DNA from: a virus
Taxonomy: Duplodnaviria > Caudoviricetes
IMG/VR virus record: IMGVR_UViG_3300020222_000028
Coordinates: 1-54,220 of that record
Length of the DNA: 54,220 nucleotides
Reading direction: 5' to 3' (one strand)
The notes beneath the pieces were generated by a model that worked only from the letters and a program-made list of their open reading frames with translations, was not told where the DNA came from and ran no database searches. The translations under genes were made by a program, and so were the position numbers. Shown here piece after piece: positions 12,060 to 22,245 of the stretch; the stretch's first letter is position 1, and each line of letters opens with the position of its first letter.

Positions 12060-13676
12060 ATGACTAAAGAAGTACAATTTAGAAGGGGTACTACAACCCA
12101 GCACAGCACCTTCACAGGTGCTCTTGCTGAGGTAACCGTTGATACTGATAAAAAGGTTGTCGTAGTACACGACGGTGTGACTGCTGGTGGGCAGGAGATG
12201 GTAGGTAGGACCGCTACACAAACACTCACAAATAAAACGCTCACCTCCCCGACTATTTCTGGTGGAACGATTAATAACGCTTCCGTTGGTGCTACTACCA
12301 GAGGTACTGGTGCATTTACAGCACTGGATGCAAATGGAAACGTCATTCTCGGTAGCGATACTGCTGATACTGTTACTATTAACGGTACTGTCAACAGTAC
12401 CCTCATTCTTGGAGATGGAGTTCAGATTCATGGTCCATCTACTCTAGTTATTGACCCAGCTGTTGTTGGAGATGATACTGGCACGGTTCAAATCAAAGGT
12501 AACCTAGAAGTTCTTGGAACTACTACTACTATTGATTCAACCACAGTCACATTCAACGATCCTTTGATTGTTTTGGGTGATGGATTGACAACTTCTGCAG
12601 AAGTAAATACTGGTGGTTTTACTCTAGGTACTACTGGCATCAGTATCAAATACAATAATACTGATACGAGATTTGACTGCACCGAAAGTATTGCTCTTGC
12701 ATCTGGCAAGTCATTAATCATCGGATCAACTACTGTCCTCACTGGTACTACAGTGTTTGGAAAAACTATTGGCGGAACAAACGCAGGTGATATTGTTTCT
12801 ATTGATGGAACACAAACACTAACAAATAAAACTTTAACAGCACCTAGGTTTGTCAATGATGGTTTTATTGCTGATAGTAATGGCAATGAGTTGATTGAGT
12901 TTGGCGTTGTTGCTGACGCGGTAAACGAAGTAAAGATCACCAACGCTGCAACTGGAGTTACTGGTCCTCTTATTCAATCAATCGGTGAAACAAACGTAGA
13001 TCTTCGTATCGGTGCTGCTGGCACTGGTGATATTGTTTTATCAAATGCTTTAAAGCCCCTCGCTGGTACAACAACAAAAGCACCTATTCATTTTACTGCA
13101 GGTTCAGAACTTTCTACTACAACAGCTGGTGCTTTTGAATATAATGGTACTCAGTTTTTCTTAACAAATGCTGATACCACAAACGGTAAAAAATATGTAG
13201 AAGCACTAGCACGTTACCAAGTAACAGCAAACCAAAGTTCTATTACTGGTACTTCTATTACTGATGTTTATGCTGCAAACAGTGCCTATTCTACTCTCGC
13301 TGGTGCTTATTATGAGATTGAATATCACATGTACTGGACTCGCGCAACAACTGCTGGTACTCACACATACACACTAGTAAGTACACAGAACTGGCAGTAT
13401 GCTGCATTGAGTGGCAATGGTTTACTAACTTCAGGAACAGCTGGTTTACACGTTAATACTGGTGCAGCTGGATCTCTTGCTCTTCCAGCATCTGCATCAA
13501 TGGCAATTGGCAACCATTACCATGTAGTTAGAGCATACTTCCAAGCAAACGCATCAACAGCAGGAAACATTCGTCTTCGTGTAACATCCTCCGCTAACGG
13601 TATTACACTTCAAAGAGGAAGTTTCTACGTTGTTAGAAGACTACCAGCGGGAAGCATCGGTACATTCGTTGCTTGA
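12060..13676 (+). CDS. Tail fibre protein with Mtd N-terminal-like domain (538 aa)
   Basis: N-terminal QFRRGTT...VTVDTDKK..HDG, TQTLTNKTLT repeats, GNL.V.GTTTTI motif and a C-terminal beta-rich head. Confidence 0.8.
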   Translation: MTKEVQFRRGTTTQHSTFTGALAEVTVDTDKKVVVVHDGVTAGGQEMVGRTATQTLTNKTLTSPTISGGTINNASVGATTRGTGAFTALDANGNVILGSDTADTVTINGTVNSTLILGDGVQIHGPSTLVIDPAVVGDDTGTVQIKGNLEVLGTTTTIDSTTVTFNDPLIVLGDGLTTSAEVNTGGFTLGTTGISIKYNNTDTRFDCTESIALASGKSLIIGSTTVLTGTTVFGKTIGGTNAGDIVSIDGTQTLTNKTLTAPRFVNDGFIADSNGNELIEFGVVADAVNEVKITNAATGVTGPLIQSIGETNVDLRIGAAGTGDIVLSNALKPLAGTTTKAPIHFTAGSELSTTTAGAFEYNGTQFFLTNADTTNGKKYVEALARYQVTANQSSITGTSITDVYAANSAYSTLAGAYYEIEYHMYWTRATTAGTHTYTLVSTQNWQYAALSGNGLLTSGTAGLHVNTGAAGSLALPASASMAIGNHYHVVRAYFQANASTAGNIRLRVTSSANGITLQRGSFYVVRRLPAGSIGTFVA

Positions 13677-13695
13677 TATTTACTTACATTTTCCG

Positions 13696-13723
13696 AGTCC
13701 CTCCTTATGGGGGGATTTTTTTT
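13696..13723 (+). terminator. Rho-independent terminator
   Basis: AGTCCCTCC-TTAT-GGGGGGATT stem followed by a T-run. Confidence 0.8.
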
Positions 13724-13730
13724 ATAAATA
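13723..13730 (+). promoter_or_regulatory. Late promoter TATAAATA
   Basis: Exact consensus abutting the terminator T-run. Confidence 0.85.
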
Positions 13731-13765
13731 TCTATGAAACATTATGGGGGGGAGAGTGAACCTTC

Positions 13766-14458
13766 ATGGCACTAGAAAACAAAAACTTTTCTGTTAAGAA
13801 TGGTTTATCCATTATTAACACTGAAGTAATCAGCGTAGACAGAAAAGCAAAAAATCTCACGTTTGATACTGCCGATTCTAATACATTAAAGTTAAATGGG
13901 AATCAGTTAGTAGCATCAGGTGCAGGAACATCTACTATTACTATACCAAGTGTCACTGATACATTGGTTGCTAAGAATACTGTAGATACTCTTACTAATA
14001 AAACACTTGATGATTTTGTTGTTCTAGGGACAATGACTGTTAATGGTTCTTATGGAACCGAAGGACAGATTTTGAAAGCAACAGGAAATGGAATGACGTG
14101 GGCAGATACATTCAATGGTCTACCTAGATTTGTTCCCAAAACTGCCAATTTTGTTGCAGAATCTCAAGGTCTATATTTAGTTGATTCTTCAAATAATACT
14201 ATTGAAATAACTTTACCTGATACAACAGAAATAGATTTATCGACAGGATTATATAAAGTTGAAAAAGGAGAAGGTATTGAGTTTATTGATGCTAAGGGTA
14301 TGTGGGGAATAAACTTCGTTAGATTAATATTAGGAGATAACACATCAAAATTTATTAACGCAGCAAACATTGAAGATGTCGAATATATATTCGATGTTTC
14401 TAACGTAATCGTTAGAGTTGTTTGGGATGGAGTATTTTGGAGAGTATTCTCAAAGTAA
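13766..14458 (+). CDS. Putative tail/baseplate-associated structural protein (230 aa)
   Basis: NKNFSVKNGL N-terminus, TLTNKTL motif and YLVDSS...ITLP C-terminal module; late operon. Confidence 0.7.
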   Translation: MALENKNFSVKNGLSIINTEVISVDRKAKNLTFDTADSNTLKLNGNQLVASGAGTSTITIPSVTDTLVAKNTVDTLTNKTLDDFVVLGTMTVNGSYGTEGQILKATGNGMTWADTFNGLPRFVPKTANFVAESQGLYLVDSSNNTIEITLPDTTEIDLSTGLYKVEKGEGIEFIDAKGMWGINFVRLILGDNTSKFINAANIEDVEYIFDVSNVIVRVVWDGVFWRVFSK

Positions 14459-14469
14459 GGAGAAAATAA

Positions 14470-15126
14470 ATGGCACTATATTTAAGTAGTGATTTATCTG
14501 GTTCTAGCTCTAGTTTTGGAGGTGGTAGTGGTAACATTAGTTCAGTTATTAGAACTACTACTAGTTGGTACTTTCATGCTTTAAGAAGAGATTCTGAAGG
14601 CATGTTGTATTACAACACCCTAAGACCAACTGATCCTGGAACTATTGATGTTTTCAACGAAGAAAATACACAGTTGTCGGATTTATTAGATGGCATAGAT
14701 AACGTAGATGCTAGATCTCCTATTTTGAGATTAAACTTATTGGCGGGTGGAACTAAAGTTGCTTCAGAGGCAAATGAAACATATTCAGTAAATAGTTTAG
14801 TATCTAACAATACAGGAAAAAATTTATCTTTAAATATTACTAGAGATGCTGAAGGTGTTATTAACAATATAGAAATAGTGAATGGTGGTAATGATTTTGC
14901 TTTAAAAGATCAAATCATTGTTTCGTCATCTTTGATCAAGGAAGAAAACTCCCAATCTGATTTATACTTAGAAGTAAGCGAACTAGTAAAAACATATTCA
15001 AACTCACCATCTGATAAATATCAACAGTATAGATTTGATGCGAGAAAAATTTCATATTATATTGACAATGAAGGATATTTGGTTGCTAAGTTTGGAAACC
15101 ACGATTATTCACAAGGACCACAATAA
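14470..15126 (+). CDS. Hypothetical virion-associated protein (218 aa)
   Basis: AAGGAG SD; operonic between structural genes. Confidence 0.7.
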   Translation: MALYLSSDLSGSSSSFGGGSGNISSVIRTTTSWYFHALRRDSEGMLYYNTLRPTDPGTIDVFNEENTQLSDLLDGIDNVDARSPILRLNLLAGGTKVASEANETYSVNSLVSNNTGKNLSLNITRDAEGVINNIEIVNGGNDFALKDQIIVSSSLIKEENSQSDLYLEVSELVKTYSNSPSDKYQQYRFDARKISYYIDNEGYLVAKFGNHDYSQGPQ

Positions 15127-15144
15127 CAACAGGAAGTACTAAAA

Positions 15145-18100
15145 ATGGCTGAATTTAGACTAGGTAGATTAAAGTTCAACTGGACTGGAGCATGGCAACC
15201 AAACCGTGCTTATGTACTGGACGATATCATCTCCTTCAAAGGCAACACCTATGTCTGTGTTGTCAATCACACTTCCGCTGCTAGCCAGGAAGCATGGGAA
15301 GATACAGATCTTAACGCAAGTCCAGCGGCAAAATGGGAACTCTATGTTCCTGGTGTCAGAAACGCTGGTGCGTGGACTCCAAATACCTTCTACGCAAGTC
15401 AGGATCTTGTGAGGTATGGTGGCAACATTTATATCTGTAAAGATAATCATACTTCCCCTTCTAACGAGAATCTTTTTTACCTAACCAACTTTGCTGGTAA
15501 CTGGGATCTGTTTCTTTATGGAAATGAAAATAAAGGAACTTGGCAAGCAACTACTTGGTATAAAGTCAACGATTTAGTAAAATACGGAAATAATATTTAT
15601 CTCTGTAATATTGGTCACACTTCGACAACAGCATTTGATATTACTAAGTTTAGTATATTTTTAGAAGCAGTTAAGTTTGAAGATAGTTGGAGCAATGACG
15701 TAGAATATCAACCAGGAGATATTGTTCTCTTTGGTGGTTATTCATACACCGCAAAAACTATTAATATAAACAAACAACCAAACAACTATGTAAACACTGA
15801 TTGGGAAGTAATCAGTGTCGGTTTTGATGCCAAGGGTATCTACAATTCAGCAACCATTTATGTTCCTGGAGATGTTGTAAGATATGGTGGTAATACTTTT
15901 GTAAAACTATTAACTAGTGTTGCTGGTGTTGCTCCCTCAGAATCTGGAGATGGTGCTCTCAAGTGGAGTTTGATTTCCGAAGGTCTTTCATATAAAAATG
16001 AGTGGGATAATCTGACCACTTATCAAAAGAATGATGTTGTAACATCAGCTTCGAGTACTTATGTTAGTATTGCATACAATAACACTGGAAGAGACCCTGG
16101 AACTAATGACGCAGATGGGTTCTGGGCAGTTGTTGCACGCGGAGATGAAGAGAGTACTATTACTGTTAAAGGTGATTTACTTTATAGAGCAACTGCTACC
16201 AATGCAAGATTACCAATCGGCAATCCTGGTCAAATCTTGTATGCCACAGAAAATGGCATTCCTGGATGGGGAAATGCAAAGACTAGAAAAGTATACTTCG
16301 TAACTCTAGATGGGGAAGATGATTTTTCTGAGGGTTATGGTGGTTCTATCGGCAGATCGTTTAGAACTGTAAAATATGCTACACAGATTGCCGCACAAGA
16401 AGGATGCGATGAGCAGAATCCTGCAACCATTTATGTAAAAGCTGGTGTTTATGACGAGCAGTGTCCCATCACTGTGCCACCTTATTGCTCTGTCGTTGGT
16501 GATGACAGTAGAGGAACTATTATTGAGCCTGGTCCTGGGGTCAGTCATATTCAAAAACTAATCATTGCTTCTACTTGTTTATTAAAACCAGGAGATACTT
16601 TAACGGTAAATACTCTTGCTGGCGCAACAAGAACTGCTAGAGTTCTTCACTTTGCTGATACAGACGCAACTCCTGTTGGTTCTGGGGAAGCAAATAGAAA
16701 GAAAATGGTTTATGTTGAAAGAATCGCAGGTGGTCCTATCATTGACACTGACACTTTCCTAAATGGAACTAACTTAGGTACTGCTCCTCAAGTAGATATA
16801 GTTTCGGTAGAAAATCTAGATAACACAAAAGCAACATTATTCTTCCTTTCGGAAGGTGTAATGCTAAAAGATTTAGTATTTAATAACCCAGATTTAGATG
16901 CAGGTTTTATCAAACCAGATATCACTGGATTAACGATCGAAGAACAGATTACAGATCAACTTGCAGATATTACAAAATCCCAAGTTGGATTTGTGTTCTT
17001 CAGAATCAATCCATTCCTCGTTTCACAAACAATCATTAAGAGTCCTTATATCTATAGTTGTGCATCTTATTGTCACAAAGGTATAGGTGCTATTGTTGAT
17101 GGTTCGGTTAACGAAGGAAAAGATCACCCTTCACACTTTGCTTCAGGTCACCAAAGTTTACTATTTGGTAACGTAACTCAATTCCCAGAAGACGGTGTTG
17201 CTATTTGGTGTAAAGATAACGGAAACTCTGAGATTGTTTCTTGCTTCACTTATTATTCTCATATTGGTTACGCTTGCTCTGGTGGCGCTCGTATGCGTTC
17301 ACTCGGAGGAAACAACTCATGGGGTAACTTCGGATGTTCCGCTAGAGGATTTGACCCAACCGAAATTCCTTTAGAAGCAACTATTCGTGGTACTGAGTTA
17401 AACTTCTACAATGCAGCAACAACTGCTGCAGAAACAGCAACTGTTAATGGTAACTTAGTATTAGGGACCATTACTCAGTCAGGAAAAGTGAATGGAGATT
17501 TCCAAGTTGGTTCTATTATTTCCAACGAAGGAGTTGCAAATGATACTGGTATTACTGACGTTGTTGGTAATGGAACAACTGCTACGGTTTCTTTTAATAC
17601 TAAACCATTCAATCCTTTCGTGATTGGCAAAAAGATTACTATCAGTGGTGTATCAAACAATGCTTTCAACGGAACTTTCACTATTACTGGTGTAGTAGGA
17701 ACTCAGGGTGTTATTACTGGTGTTCAGTTTGCTTCGACCACAACTGCTACTTCTTTAGGTTCAGGTGGTACTGTAAGACCTGCATTAGGAAAAGCAAGAG
17801 TTCTTTATGTTCTTGCTGGTAATGATTATACTAAAGTTCTCATTGAACCTATTACTGGATTTATTGGCGATGGACAAAGATGTGCTCAGATTACTGGAGC
17901 AGATCCAAACAATCCACCTCCAGTAAGTATTCCAGCAGCATCAACTGTTATTGCAAATAGTCAGTATCCTGCTGCTGACAATAGTACTAGTGCTGCAAAC
18001 CGAGCAACAAGAGGAGCTAAGTTTGCTGTTATTAATCTACCAGAAAAACCAAAGATTACTAGTGCTGTAACTTTTGCCAACAGTGGTGATAATATCAACT

Positions 18101-20466
18101 ATGTTGTTCAAGAGATTGAAAATTATAGCGATGGTCCATCTGCATCATTCAAAACTCTTGACGTAACTAGAACAGCAAGTTTACAAAACAGTGTTGTTAC
18201 TATTCCAATCGCTAAAACTGGTACTTTCCCAAATGGCGTTAATGTAGCAGCAGAGACTCATGTTGGTGGAACTGATATTTCTCTTTACAGTTTATTAACT
18301 GGCGCCAACAATCAAGTAGTTATTGATAATCCTGGAGATTTGTTAACTTCAACTTCAGCAACCAACATCAATATTCTAAATCCAGAAAGAGTAACTAATG
18401 CTTTACAAACTTACAATACTGCATCAACGACTCTATATCTATTAGTTGGAAATGAGTTGATGCTACCATCGACGGTTACCGATGATGCATTTAATAGCTA
18501 TGTAACTGTTACTAGAGGTCAAGAAGGTACGATTGCACAAGAGCACGCAGACCAAGATTCCCCCAACTTCCCACAAAATGCTGTTGTTAGATTTGTAGTT
18601 AAGTACACTCCAGTTACTACACTTCGTCAAGATGCAAATAATCTATCTAATGTTTTAACCTACAGTACATTAACTGGTAATGGAGGTTTACCTGTATTCT
18701 CATTTACAGATCAAGAAGGTTCACCAACAAAAACTATTGTTGAGGGAGATTTTATTAAGATTGATAACGAGTTTTTCCGAGTTGATTTGAAGACTTCGGC
18801 AAATCCAGGAACTGCTATTCTCACATTTTTCCCAGTAAAACTAATACCCGAAGCAAGTGGAAATGAGATACGGATTCGTTATCGCTACAGTCAGATTCGC
18901 CTAACTGGTCATGACATGCTTGAGATTGGAACTGGTGGTATTGCTACCACTAACTTCCCAGATGAGCCACTTGTCCGACCAGATGAAACTAGGGAAACTA
19001 ACTTTATTGCTCCTGCTAGAATTTATTATGTAACTACCAATCAAGATGGAAACTTTAAGGTCGGTCAGTTCTTTAGGATTGACCAAGCAACTGGTAAGTC
19101 AACTATTGATGCTTCAACCTTTGACCTAACTGGTTTATCAAACTTACAGTTTGCTTTACCAGATGGAACTAAAGTTGGTGTAGAAATTAATAAGTTTGAT
19201 GCAGATGGTACTTTAGGTGGTAGTGAAACTAGTGATTCATTTGTACCTACCCAAAAGGCAGTTAAAACCTATGTAGATACTAACTTTATTAACTCAAATG
19301 ATGATGTTACGGTTGGTTCCGAGCTATTAAGCAGGAACTTAACTGTAAACGGTAATACTAATATTACTGGCGATACAATCATTGGTGGAAGTTTACAGGT
19401 TAGTGGTACTACTACCAGTGTTAATACTACAGAACTTGTGGTAGAAGATGTTAATATTACTCTTGCTGCTGGTAATGTTACGGGAGACTCTGCTATTCAG
19501 GGTGCTGGTTTAACTATCAAAGGAACTATTGATAAAACTATTACATATGATGGTCTTGGTGATCTTGGAAGATTTGCAGTTAGCGAAAATGTTCTTCTTG
19601 CTCCTGGCAAATATATTGCTTCAAAACCAGCATTGGCAGATGGTACTGGAGTTTTAGCAACGGAAGAAATTATGATCGATACTAATGTCAGTGGATCCAC
19701 TGGTATTGGTCTTGTATTCCCAACTATTGCTCAGTTAGATATTGGTAATTCTTCAACTGCTATTACTCTTGGTGGTACATCTGGAACTACTTCAGTAAGA
19801 AATAGTTTGGTTCTTCCATCTGGAACCACTACACTAGCTCCAATGAGGTTTACTCCAACAGGTGCTGCTCTACTCACAACCGCACTGCAAGGTGGTTTTG
19901 AATATAACCAGATTGCATTCTATGCAACCCCAACTACTGAAAGTGGAAGAGGAATCATTCTCGCTCCACATATCCTGAGAGCTGCTGCAGATTTTGCACA
20001 AACAGGCACAACTAACACTGTTAGAAACGTATTCAGTCCAACTACGGCGGATGCCGCTCCCCTCAGAGCAAATACATTATACAGATTTAGAGGTGTTTAT
20101 TATCTATCTAAATCAACCACAACATCTGGTACTTGGAACTTACTGTTTACTTTCACAAACACGCCATCTAACTTCCGTTACACTGCTATTGGAGCAAACT
20201 CAGCCTCATCAACGGCCGCCTTGATTATGAACACAACTGCTCAAACATCAACGGCAGTTACTCAAAATGTAACTAATAATCAGGATTGCGCCATACGGTT
20301 TGAAGGTTACTTTGTATCAAACGCAACAACTGGTGGAACATTAACTCCTCAGTTTAACAAGAGCGATGCGGCCAACGCAACTGTAACTACTCGTATTAAC
20401 TCATACTTTGAGATTCAAGCTATGGGTGCTGCCAACCCATCGATTATCGCGGGTAACTGGAGTTGA
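15145..20466 (+). CDS. Large tail fibre/spike protein with N-terminal carbohydrate-binding-like repeats and a probable beta-helix (1773 aa)
   Basis: About six W...Y...D.V.Y.G..Y.C repeats; IYVKAGVY.E...VVGD beta-helix entry; C-terminal head similar to ORF 12060. Confidence 0.8.
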   Translation: MAEFRLGRLKFNWTGAWQPNRAYVLDDIISFKGNTYVCVVNHTSAASQEAWEDTDLNASPAAKWELYVPGVRNAGAWTPNTFYASQDLVRYGGNIYICKDNHTSPSNENLFYLTNFAGNWDLFLYGNENKGTWQATTWYKVNDLVKYGNNIYLCNIGHTSTTAFDITKFSIFLEAVKFEDSWSNDVEYQPGDIVLFGGYSYTAKTININKQPNNYVNTDWEVISVGFDAKGIYNSATIYVPGDVVRYGGNTFVKLLTSVAGVAPSESGDGALKWSLISEGLSYKNEWDNLTTYQKNDVVTSASSTYVSIAYNNTGRDPGTNDADGFWAVVARGDEESTITVKGDLLYRATATNARLPIGNPGQILYATENGIPGWGNAKTRKVYFVTLDGEDDFSEGYGGSIGRSFRTVKYATQIAAQEGCDEQNPATIYVKAGVYDEQCPITVPPYCSVVGDDSRGTIIEPGPGVSHIQKLIIASTCLLKPGDTLTVNTLAGATRTARVLHFADTDATPVGSGEANRKKMVYVERIAGGPIIDTDTFLNGTNLGTAPQVDIVSVENLDNTKATLFFLSEGVMLKDLVFNNPDLDAGFIKPDITGLTIEEQITDQLADITKSQVGFVFFRINPFLVSQTIIKSPYIYSCASYCHKGIGAIVDGSVNEGKDHPSHFASGHQSLLFGNVTQFPEDGVAIWCKDNGNSEIVSCFTYYSHIGYACSGGARMRSLGGNNSWGNFGCSARGFDPTEIPLEATIRGTELNFYNAATTAAETATVNGNLVLGTITQSGKVNGDFQVGSIISNEGVANDTGITDVVGNGTTATVSFNTKPFNPFVIGKKITISGVSNNAFNGTFTITGVVGTQGVITGVQFASTTTATSLGSGGTVRPALGKARVLYVLAGNDYTKVLIEPITGFIGDGQRCAQITGADPNNPPPVSIPAASTVIANSQYPAADNSTSAANRATRGAKFAVINLPEKPKITSAVTFANSGDNINYVVQEIENYSDGPSASFKTLDVTRTASLQNSVVTIPIAKTGTFPNGVNVAAETHVGGTDISLYSLLTGANNQVVIDNPGDLLTSTSATNINILNPERVTNALQTYNTASTTLYLLVGNELMLPSTVTDDAFNSYVTVTRGQEGTIAQEHADQDSPNFPQNAVVRFVVKYTPVTTLRQDANNLSNVLTYSTLTGNGGLPVFSFTDQEGSPTKTIVEGDFIKIDNEFFRVDLKTSANPGTAILTFFPVKLIPEASGNEIRIRYRYSQIRLTGHDMLEIGTGGIATTNFPDEPLVRPDETRETNFIAPARIYYVTTNQDGNFKVGQFFRIDQATGKSTIDASTFDLTGLSNLQFALPDGTKVGVEINKFDADGTLGGSETSDSFVPTQKAVKTYVDTNFINSNDDVTVGSELLSRNLTVNGNTNITGDTIIGGSLQVSGTTTSVNTTELVVEDVNITLAAGNVTGDSAIQGAGLTIKGTIDKTITYDGLGDLGRFAVSENVLLAPGKYIASKPALADGTGVLATEEIMIDTNVSGSTGIGLVFPTIAQLDIGNSSTAITLGGTSGTTSVRNSLVLPSGTTTLAPMRFTPTGAALLTTALQGGFEYNQIAFYATPTTESGRGIILAPHILRAAADFAQTGTTNTVRNVFSPTTADAAPLRANTLYRFRGVYYLSKSTTTSGTWNLLFTFTNTPSNFRYTAIGANSASSTAALIMNTTAQTSTAVTQNVTNNQDCAIRFEGYFVSNATTGGTLTPQFNKSDAANATVTTRINSYFEIQAMGAANPSIIAGNWS

Positions 20467-20484
20467 TAAATAAATAACATGATT

Positions 20485-20492
20485 TATAAATA
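20485..20492 (+). promoter_or_regulatory. Late promoter TATAAATA for gp13
   Basis: Exact consensus overlapping a hairpin arm. Confidence 0.85.
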
Positions 20493-20519
20493 CCTCTAGG
20501 AAACTAGAGGTATTTTTTT
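20488..20519 (+). terminator. Terminator/RBS-sequestering hairpin
   Basis: AAATACCTCTAG-GAAA-CTAGAGGTATTT perfect 12-bp stem followed by a T-run. Confidence 0.8.
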
Positions 20520-21344
20520 ATGGCTAAACCAGCCAGCAGAGAAGAACTAAAACAATATTGCCTCAGAAAACTAGGTGCTCCAGTTTTAGAAATAAATGTT
20601 GATGATGATCAACTAGAAGATTTGATTGATGATGCTCTACAATATTTTAATGAGCGTCATTTTGATGGCATGGAAAAACTATATTTGAAGCACAAGTTTA
20701 CAGAGGCAGAACTAGAAAGATTTAGAGAAGAAAACACCATTCATACATCAGATGACGGAAGTGAGTGGGAAGAAAGAAACAACTATATTGAACTTCCAGA
20801 TCATATCGTTGGTATCGAAAGAGTTTTTTCTTTGTCTATGACTGCTCTACGTTCTGACTTTTTTGGATTTGGAAACCAGTATTTCCTGATGGATATGTTT
20901 TCTTTAAACGCTGGTTACTCCTTAGGTAATGTTGATTTAGTTAACTACTATATGTTTAAACAATATTTTGAAACACTCGATATGGTTTTGAACAGTGGTG
21001 CTATTATTCAATGCAGATTTACAAAAAGAAACGGTAAACTTTTTATTGACTACAATCCTAAAGTATTGCAACAAGATAACTACTTTATTGTAGAATGTCA
21101 TCGTCTTCTCAATCCAGCAGATGCACCAAAAGTTTGGAATGATTGGTTTTTAAAAAGATATGTAACTGCATTGTTTAAAAAACAATGGGGTCAAAACTTA
21201 ATCAAGTTCAATGGCGTTCAACTTCCTGGCGGTGTTTCTATTAATGGAAGAGAACTTTTCGAAGATGCACTAAGAGAGATTGATGAGCTAGAAAGCAGAA
21301 TGATTTCTGATTATGAACTTCCACCACTAGACGCAATAGGATAA
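20520..21344 (+). CDS. gp13: Neck protein gp13
   Basis: LKQYCLRKLGAPVLEINV...QWGQNLIKF.GVQLPGG; synteny. Confidence 0.95.
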   Translation: MAKPASREELKQYCLRKLGAPVLEINVDDDQLEDLIDDALQYFNERHFDGMEKLYLKHKFTEAELERFREENTIHTSDDGSEWEERNNYIELPDHIVGIERVFSLSMTALRSDFFGFGNQYFLMDMFSLNAGYSLGNVDLVNYYMFKQYFETLDMVLNSGAIIQCRFTKRNGKLFIDYNPKVLQQDNYFIVECHRLLNPADAPKVWNDWFLKRYVTALFKKQWGQNLIKFNGVQLPGGVSINGRELFEDALREIDELESRMISDYELPPLDAIG

Positions 21345-21345
21345 T

Positions 21346-22245
21346 ATGTCAAAGAGCGTTTATTTTCCACAATACGGTGGAGTCAATACCGAACAAAGTT
21401 TAGTTCAGGATTTAGTTGATGAACAGATTCATCTGTTTGGAATGGATTTATTTTACATTCCAAAAACTATGTTGATTGATAGAAGTTTGAATGATGTCGT
21501 TTTAAACGAGTTTAGAGAAGCTCATCTTATAGAAATGATGTTAATCAACGTAGAAGGATTTGGTGGTTCTGGCGCAGTTGCGATGAGTAAGTTTGGATTA
21601 AAGTTATCTGATGAAATCACACTTGCTGTATCAAAAAGAAAGTGGTCATTGAAACCAGATTTAATGAGTTCTACATCTGTGCCTGGAAGACCAAATGAAG
21701 GTGATTTAATTTATGTTCCAATGACGAAGAACATTTATGAGATTAAGTTTGTAGAAAGAGAAGTTCCATTTTATCAGTTAGGTAAAAACTATATTTTTGC
21801 TTTGACATGCGAACTACTACAAAATGCGGATAATCTATTTGATACAGGTAATGAGGACATTGATGATTACAAAAAAGAAAACTATGTTTTTCCAGTATAT
21901 CTAAAAGCAGGTGGTGTTGGCAACTATGCTATTGGAGAGCAAGTTCAACAATCATATACTTTAGGCGGTTCATCTGTAGTCGTAACTGCGACTGTTGCCG
22001 CTTGGAATGCCCCAACTAGAAAATTAGATTTAACGTATATCGATGGAGTATTGCAACAAAATGTAGAACTTGAAGGACTAGATAGTAACTCTACGTGGGA
22101 AGTTGAATCATTTTCAACTATTGATTTTGATATCGATAACTTCGATAATGCTCAGAATAAATACTACGAAGATAAAGCCGATGAGATTCTGGACTTTAGT
22201 GAAGGAAATCCATTTGGTGAGTTTGGAGATATGGGAGTATTCTAA
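21346..22245 (+). CDS. gp14: Neck protein gp14
   Basis: EQSLVQDLVDEQI, RPNEGDLIY, PFYQLGK, DFSEGNPFG. Confidence 0.95.
   Translation: MSKSVYFPQYGGVNTEQSLVQDLVDEQIHLFGMDLFYIPKTMLIDRSLNDVVLNEFREAHLIEMMLINVEGFGGSGAVAMSKFGLKLSDEITLAVSKRKWSLKPDLMSSTSVPGRPNEGDLIYVPMTKNIYEIKFVEREVPFYQLGKNYIFALTCELLQNADNLFDTGNEDIDDYKKENYVFPVYLKAGGVGNYAIGEQVQQSYTLGGSSVVVTATVAAWNAPTRKLDLTYIDGVLQQNVELEGLDSNSTWEVESFSTIDFDIDNFDNAQNKYYEDKADEILDFSEGNPFGEFGDMGVF

Noticed and set aside
5190-20466. Diversity-generating retroelement suggested by Mtd-N-like domains
   Set aside because: No reverse transcriptase and no template/variable repeat pair with adenine-specific mismatches were seen in the window.
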